Below, in pieces: positions 37,365 through 42,223 of a stretch of DNA of 42,223 nt. Made by a program: the position numbers and the translations under genes. Under the pieces are notes generated by a model. It saw only the letters and a list, made by a program, of their open reading frames with translations. It did not search any database and was not told the origin of the DNA. Source of the stretch: Candidatus Woesearchaeota archaeon (GTDB taxonomy: Archaea; Nanobdellota; Nanobdellia; Woesearchaeales; DATGWN01); contig JBLKOU010000005.1 in assembly GCA_047603125.1 (NCBI GenBank), positions 1 through 42,223 of the forward strand, read 5' to 3'. How positions within the stretch are numbered: the stretch's first letter is position 1; each line of letters opens with the position of its first letter.

Positions 37365-37727
37365 ATGTTAGTACTCCCAATACTTGGAATTTTGGTAAGT
37401 TATTTGATGCTTCGTGCGAGTACGGCGACAAAAAAGCAATTTTGTGACTTGATAAGGTGGTCCTCGTGCTCAAAAGCAGCAAAAGATTCTAGTGCGCGAT
37501 TATTTTTTGGTATACATAATGCAAAGGTGGGTATTTTCTATTATATATTCATTATTTTAACAGAAGCAAATCAATATACTGCTTTGTCGATGATATCTGC
37601 CACGCTTGCTGTTGTGGTTAGTACCTATTTGGCGTATTTGCTCTGGAAAAAACGAAATTTATGTATTTTATGTTTGGCAGCCTATGTTATCAACCTTCTC
37701 ATCTTTTTGGAAATTGTCTTTTCTTAG
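37365..37727 (+). CDS. Vitamin K epoxide reductase (VKOR) family protein
   Basis: Loop Cys pair (C..SC), CILC in the last transmembrane helix and four hydrophobic segments. Confidence 0.8.
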   Translation: MLVLPILGILVSYLMLRASTATKKQFCDLIRWSSCSKAAKDSSARLFFGIHNAKVGIFYYIFIILTEANQYTALSMISATLAVVVSTYLAYLLWKKRNLCILCLAAYVINLLIFLEIVFS

Positions 37728-37734
37728 ATTTTGA

Positions 37735-38655
37735 TTAAATAATTGGTCGAAGGATGCGCTCAATATCTTGGATTGTTTTTGCAAGAGAAAGCTCTTCTCG
37801 AATTTTTGCTCCACCCTCAATACCTTTTGTAAAGTGCATGGCTTGATTTTTGATGCTGGAAAACAAAATTTGATATTTTTTTGCAAGCTCAAGATATTCA
37901 AAAAACTGCTCAACAGGATGTTTTGTATCATATGTACCTGTTTGCAAATAATCATTGATTTGTTTAAAGATATAGGGATTTCCAATAGCTCCTCGTGCAA
38001 TCATTATAGCATCCACTCCGCTTTGATCCAATCGCTTCTTAAAACTTTCCGGTGTGAACACGTCACCATTTCCTATAACGGGAATGTCAACATGTTCCTT
38101 TACTTGTTTGATTATATCCCAGTTTGCTTGCCCACTATACCCTTGCTTTTGTGTTCGTCCGTGAATGGCAATTGCACTTGCACCAGCTTTTTGTACAAGC
38201 GTTGCAACTTCAAGTGCATTAATAGAATGGTCATCCACTCCGATTCGAATTTTTACTGTTACTGGTGTTTTTGTGCACGCAACAAGTTGGGAAATAAATT
38301 CATAAATAAGTTGTGGATTTTTGAGCATTTGACTGCCCGCACCTGTTTTAATCACTTTCCAAGCTGGGCAGCCGCAGTTCACATCAATAATATCAAATTG
38401 CTCTTCTAACATTTTGGCAGCTTGTGTGATATCAGTGACATTTGATCCAAATAATTGCACAGCAACGGGTTTTTCGCTTGAATCTCGCACAATCATACGC
38501 TGCGCACTTTTACTTTGACGAACAAGACCTGTTGAGCTGACAAATTCGGTATATGTCATTCCTGCGCCATATCGCTTTGCAAGTGTTCGAAATGCAACAT
38601 CAGTAATTCCAGCCATCGGCGAGAGTAGTGCTGGTGAGTTTAATTTTGGAAACAT
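37735..38655 (-). CDS. dusB: tRNA-dihydrouridine synthase (DusB-like)
   Basis: Motifs PMAG, QLFG, NCGCP, HGRT, NGD and ARGAIGNP. Confidence 0.92.
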   Translation of the reverse strand: MFPKLNSPALLSPMAGITDVAFRTLAKRYGAGMTYTEFVSSTGLVRQSKSAQRMIVRDSSEKPVAVQLFGSNVTDITQAAKMLEEQFDIIDVNCGCPAWKVIKTGAGSQMLKNPQLIYEFISQLVACTKTPVTVKIRIGVDDHSINALEVATLVQKAGASAIAIHGRTQKQGYSGQANWDIIKQVKEHVDIPVIGNGDVFTPESFKKRLDQSGVDAIMIARGAIGNPYIFKQINDYLQTGTYDTKHPVEQFFEYLELAKKYQILFSSIKNQAMHFTKGIEGGAKIREELSLAKTIQDIERILRPII

Positions 38656-38705
38656 TTGTGAAAAAAAGTAGAAATTATTTAAATGATTATGCTTTAAATC
38701 AAACC

Positions 38706-39293
38706 ATGAATATACTTGATAAAATTCAAATAGCAATCGCTAAACCTGATCAGATTGCAACATTAGTCAAATCAGGACAAACTGGTTCAGCCATAGGATA
38801 TTACGCAATTTTGCTTATATTTATGGTTGTTATGTCAACTATTGTAAGCGTAGTTTTGGGCTTAGCTTTAAGTTCTGTTATGGGTCCATTTGGCATTTTT
38901 GGTTCAACAACTGGTCAAGCAATTTTTGAAATTGCATTAATGCCCTTAACATATGGATTAGCGCTTGTTGGTTTTTTTATAGCTGCCGCAATTTTGCACG
39001 TTTTGTTACTTATTTTTGGTGCGCGTGGCGGTATTGAGAAAACGATTCAGTCCTATGCATATAGCTCAACACCAACCTTACTCTTTGGTTGGGTTCCTAT
39101 TCTTGGTTGGGCTATTTGGGTGTGGTTCCTTGTTTTAATGATAATAACAAGTGCTAAAGTTCATGATATATCTATGTTACGTTCGGTGCTTGCGTTATTT
39201 GTCGTTCCGGCGATCATTTTAGCAATAATTGTCACAGGAATCTTCATACTTGCCTTTCTTGTATTTGGAGCAATGGGTGGTATTGGAATCTAA
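38706..39293 (+). CDS. Yip1-family membrane protein
   Basis: About five transmembrane segments with HVLL..FG and AYSSTP. Confidence 0.8.
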   Translation: MNILDKIQIAIAKPDQIATLVKSGQTGSAIGYYAILLIFMVVMSTIVSVVLGLALSSVMGPFGIFGSTTGQAIFEIALMPLTYGLALVGFFIAAAILHVLLLIFGARGGIEKTIQSYAYSSTPTLLFGWVPILGWAIWVWFLVLMIITSAKVHDISMLRSVLALFVVPAIILAIIVTGIFILAFLVFGAMGGIGI

Positions 39294-39329
39294 AAACATT
39301 TTTAAACAATTTTTTCTTTCCCTTTTTTT

Positions 39330-40244
39330 ATGACAATACAAGTGTTATTATATTACAAATATGTACCCTTACAAAATCCGGAAGAGTTTGTTGAAAAAAC
39401 AAAACAATTTTGCCAACAACGCGGCATTTTAGGTCGGATTCTTATTAGTGAGCAAGGTGTTAACGGAACATGCGCGGGAGAAAGAAAGGCAATTGACGCA
39501 TATAAACAGTGGATGCAAAAGCACCCCGAATTTTCAGATATCTGGTTTAAAGAACAGACTGCGCCAAAAAACCCCTTTACAAAATGCTCCGTTCGTTATA
39601 GAAAGGAGTTAGTGACATTGCGACAAGGAAAAATCGATCCACAAAAAGGAGGCGAGCATGTGTCTGCACAGCAAGTTCATGAACTGGTGAAACAATATGG
39701 TGATGATGTGGTCTTTTTTGATGCCAGAAATGAAATTGAGTCGCGCATTGGAAGATTCAAAAATGCAATTTGTCCAGATATTAAGACGTTTCGTGAAATT
39801 CCTCAAATCATTAAAGAATATGCGCCAAAATTGAAAAATAAAAAAGTGATTATGTACTGCACAGGCGGCATACGCTGTGAGACTGCAAGTGTACTCTTAA
39901 AACAACAAGGCGTTGAGGATGTGTATCAAATTGATGGCGGTATTTACAATTATTGCCAGACATATCCTGATGGTTTATTTGAAGGGACTTGTTATGTTTT
40001 TGATGAGCGCATGCAAATTGGCTTTGGCAAGCAAAATGCGGTGCTTTTAGAGGATGATGTGAGTGAAGAAAAAATCATATCTGCGTGTGAATTCTGTCAG
40101 AAAAAAACTGCGCGTGTAATAAACGATGAGCGTTATTTAGAGCGTGTGCAGCGTGTTTGTTGTAACGACTGTGATGCCAAGCTTGATATTTCCCGTATTC
40201 GTACAAAACAAGAACGACAAGTATTACTCGCTCAACACAAATAG
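39330..40244 (+). CDS. trhO: Rhodanese-domain tRNA U34 hydroxylase (TrhO/YceA)
   Basis: Motifs LLYYKY, GRIL..GVNGT, DARN, YCTGGIRCE, GGI..Y and CYVFDER. Confidence 0.88.
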   Translation: MTIQVLLYYKYVPLQNPEEFVEKTKQFCQQRGILGRILISEQGVNGTCAGERKAIDAYKQWMQKHPEFSDIWFKEQTAPKNPFTKCSVRYRKELVTLRQGKIDPQKGGEHVSAQQVHELVKQYGDDVVFFDARNEIESRIGRFKNAICPDIKTFREIPQIIKEYAPKLKNKKVIMYCTGGIRCETASVLLKQQGVEDVYQIDGGIYNYCQTYPDGLFEGTCYVFDERMQIGFGKQNAVLLEDDVSEEKIISACEFCQKKTARVINDERYLERVQRVCCNDCDAKLDISRIRTKQERQVLLAQHK

Positions 40245-41360
40245 TTCCAGTGAGTCGAGTATTCTATTTTTAAAATCCTCAAAATCTTCAACTTTACAAA
40301 TTGCACCGGCTGCAGGTATATGACCGCCACCATTGGACTGATCAAAATCTTTTGCAACAAATTGTGCAAGCTCGCCTAAATGATGGGTTCTCGCGTTTGA
40401 TCGAAGGCTGATATGATAAAATCCATCTCCAGCATCTTGATAGAAAAACCAGATGTATTGTGGGTGTAAATAAGAGACTATTGAGGAGCAAATACTTGAG
40501 AGTTTATATTTTCCAAATATTTGATACATGCGCACACCTTTATATTCTTTTGATTTATCAAATGCGCTTTTTAGAACAGACTCGAAAAGTTGTAATTGCT
40601 CTTTATATTGATCTTCAAAGCCAAGCATTTGCTCGATACTTGTAGCTTGCAAATACGCATCAAAGACTGCTTGTACTTGTGCGCCACTGGCACTTGCAGC
40701 AAAGCCAACAATATTAGCGAATCGTCCATTGGGTGTATAAAAAAATGAGTCCCGGTTTTCTCCAACCAAAACGTGTTGTTTTTCTAAAAGCGCTTTGACA
40801 TAGTCAGACCACTCGATGATGTTCATATCCCCAATCATCCCTGCTGCAATTTTCCACTCAACATGTGTTATATCAACCATGTGGGAGCAAACATCATAGA
40901 CAAATTTTGCGCAACAATATTGTGATGGATTATCGCACTGTGCACTATTAGTTGGATGAATGAATAGTCGCTTCTTTTGTCCATCGTGTACATCATATTG
41001 TTGTGTTGCATTAAAATGATGGTCTATAATGATAAGGTTAAATGGAAATGTGCTCAATTGTTCTTCTTCTAAGAATCGCCAGGATATGGGTTCAAAATCA
41101 ACACAAATAATTGTTTGTACACCTTGGCTCAAAAAATCTTCTTGTTGTTCTTTTTTAAATACTGGTGTATCTTTTGTTTTTGGTTTGGTGATAATCGTTT
41201 CAAACCCGAGTTTTTGTAATGTTTCATACATACTAATCCCTGCACAAAGCCCGTCGGCATCATCATCATATGCGAGCACAACGGGTGCATGTTTTTGTTG
41301 TGTCTGTAAAAACGATTGTAATTGTGTTATTCTTGTTGTATCTGTAATAGTAAAAGGCAT
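40224..41360 (-). CDS. DHH-family phosphoesterase with a DHHA1 domain
   Basis: Motifs DDDADG, CVD, IDHH, SLRS and GGGH..AAG. Confidence 0.88.
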   Translation of the reverse strand: MPFTITDTTRITQLQSFLQTQQKHAPVVLAYDDDADGLCAGISMYETLQKLGFETIITKPKTKDTPVFKKEQQEDFLSQGVQTIICVDFEPISWRFLEEEQLSTFPFNLIIIDHHFNATQQYDVHDGQKKRLFIHPTNSAQCDNPSQYCCAKFVYDVCSHMVDITHVEWKIAAGMIGDMNIIEWSDYVKALLEKQHVLVGENRDSFFYTPNGRFANIVGFAASASGAQVQAVFDAYLQATSIEQMLGFEDQYKEQLQLFESVLKSAFDKSKEYKGVRMYQIFGKYKLSSICSSIVSYLHPQYIWFFYQDAGDGFYHISLRSNARTHHLGELAQFVAKDFDQSNGGGHIPAAGAICKVEDFEDFKNRILDSLELFVLSE

Positions 41361-41445
41361 GTCTGTGTAAAAAATATGTTTGTTTATAAGTGTTTGGGAT
41401 TGGGTGGTTTAAGAATTTTAGAGATGGATTATTATTATGATTCCA

Positions 41446-42072
41446 CTAGGATCTTAATTTTTTAACCTCGGCTTTAATCATTTGTACGATTTCAGGGAAT
41501 TCAGATATTTTAAAATGTCCATTTTTACTCTCATAAATTTTAAAATTTGCATTCTTTAATTTTTTCTTGAATTTTTGAGCATGAGAGACGGGAACCACAT
41601 TATCATCTTTTGAAAATAATAGATACAGGTTTTTAGAATTTTTCTCGAGTAATGACAGATCTCTTTTCAATTTAAATCCACCGACTAGATCTTCACTTGG
41701 CAAACTATTATCGTAAGGCGGACAGATTAAATATGTGGCTAATATTTTTTTTGGAAATGTATGCTCTGATAAATACTTTGCGAGAAAGGTTCCTCCTAAA
41801 GAACTGCCGATTAGAATAATATTGTTTTTTAACTGAGGAAAATGTCGTTCTAAATGAATTTTCCACTCATCATATTTGGCGTTTTCAGCTAAGGGCATCC
41901 GTGGCTTAATAATTTCAAAATTTTTGCCGAGATTTTTCTTAAAAAAATCTTCGTGCCAACGAATTTTTTCTTCAATTGAAATTTCACGAGTTTGTAAGTA
42001 TTTCAGATAATCTTTTTTACTTTTGAAAGTCATTCCTCCATGAATAAATAATATCTGAATTTTTTCTTTCAT
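41446..42072 (-). CDS. Alpha/beta hydrolase (RBBP9/YdeN-like)
   Basis: Motifs IHGG, GSSLGG nucleophile elbow, SKDD and GHF. Confidence 0.85.
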   Translation of the reverse strand: MKEKIQILFIHGGMTFKSKKDYLKYLQTREISIEEKIRWHEDFFKKNLGKNFEIIKPRMPLAENAKYDEWKIHLERHFPQLKNNIILIGSSLGGTFLAKYLSEHTFPKKILATYLICPPYDNSLPSEDLVGGFKLKRDLSLLEKNSKNLYLLFSKDDNVVPVSHAQKFKKKLKNANFKIYESKNGHFKISEFPEIVQMIKAEVKKLRS

Positions 42073-42223
42073 GTTATTTTTAAAGTAATTTTGTTTTATT
42101 AAGCTATCGAAAAGGTTTTTTTATCTCTTACGTGCTCATTCACATGCGTACGTAAAAAGTCTACTTTTTCTTAATTTTTGATAAATTTTGGTAAAAACCG
42201 AAAGATTAATATATATCTAATAT

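Noticed and set aside
37768..38409. 213-aa plus-strand ORF
   Set aside because: It is an antisense shadow of dusB. The same applies to the other short ORFs nested in or opposite well-supported genes.

Overview
AT-rich prokaryotic window that reads as archaeal: TTTATA/TTTAAA TATA boxes lie about 20-30 nt before many apparently leaderless ATGs, and there is a DhnA-type aldolase, an SIS-type PGI/PMI and an archaeal RelBE-type pair. The mix of these with many bacterial-type enzymes suggests a DPANN/Woesearchaeota-like genome (inference). Part A (1 to ~11330) is a visibly more AT-rich accessory island split into multi-gene blocks by integron attC-like palindromes: two near-identical full sites (1217-1310, 7410-7499), one degenerate site (~9991-10036) and a half site (11313-11330) at the island border. 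The blocks show progressive decay toward the right end, including a frameshifted kinase, a truncated TrmH-like gene and a frameshifted RelE. The 6.1-kb block between the two full sites has its own inverted ends (a 15-bp inverted repeat plus three GGGGAGTTC boxes per end). It carries an FkbM MTase, a second MTase, GT2, a PIG-L deacetylase and a carbamoyltransferase, facing a KsgA/Erm-family rRNA methyltransferase. Part B (~11450-42223) is housekeeping DNA: glycolysis (fba, gpmA, pgi/pmi, pyk), nucleotide metabolism (dCTPase plus tandem dCMP deaminase; intein-containing, redoxin-fused NrdD with NrdG; Chlamydia-like class Ic NrdAB; tandem NrdR boxes before both RNR operons), repair (UDG4, Xth), tRNA modification (Dus, TrhO), DsbA/VKOR, GpsA and two GT4s. 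No integrase, transposase, tRNA, rRNA or CRISPR array was found.
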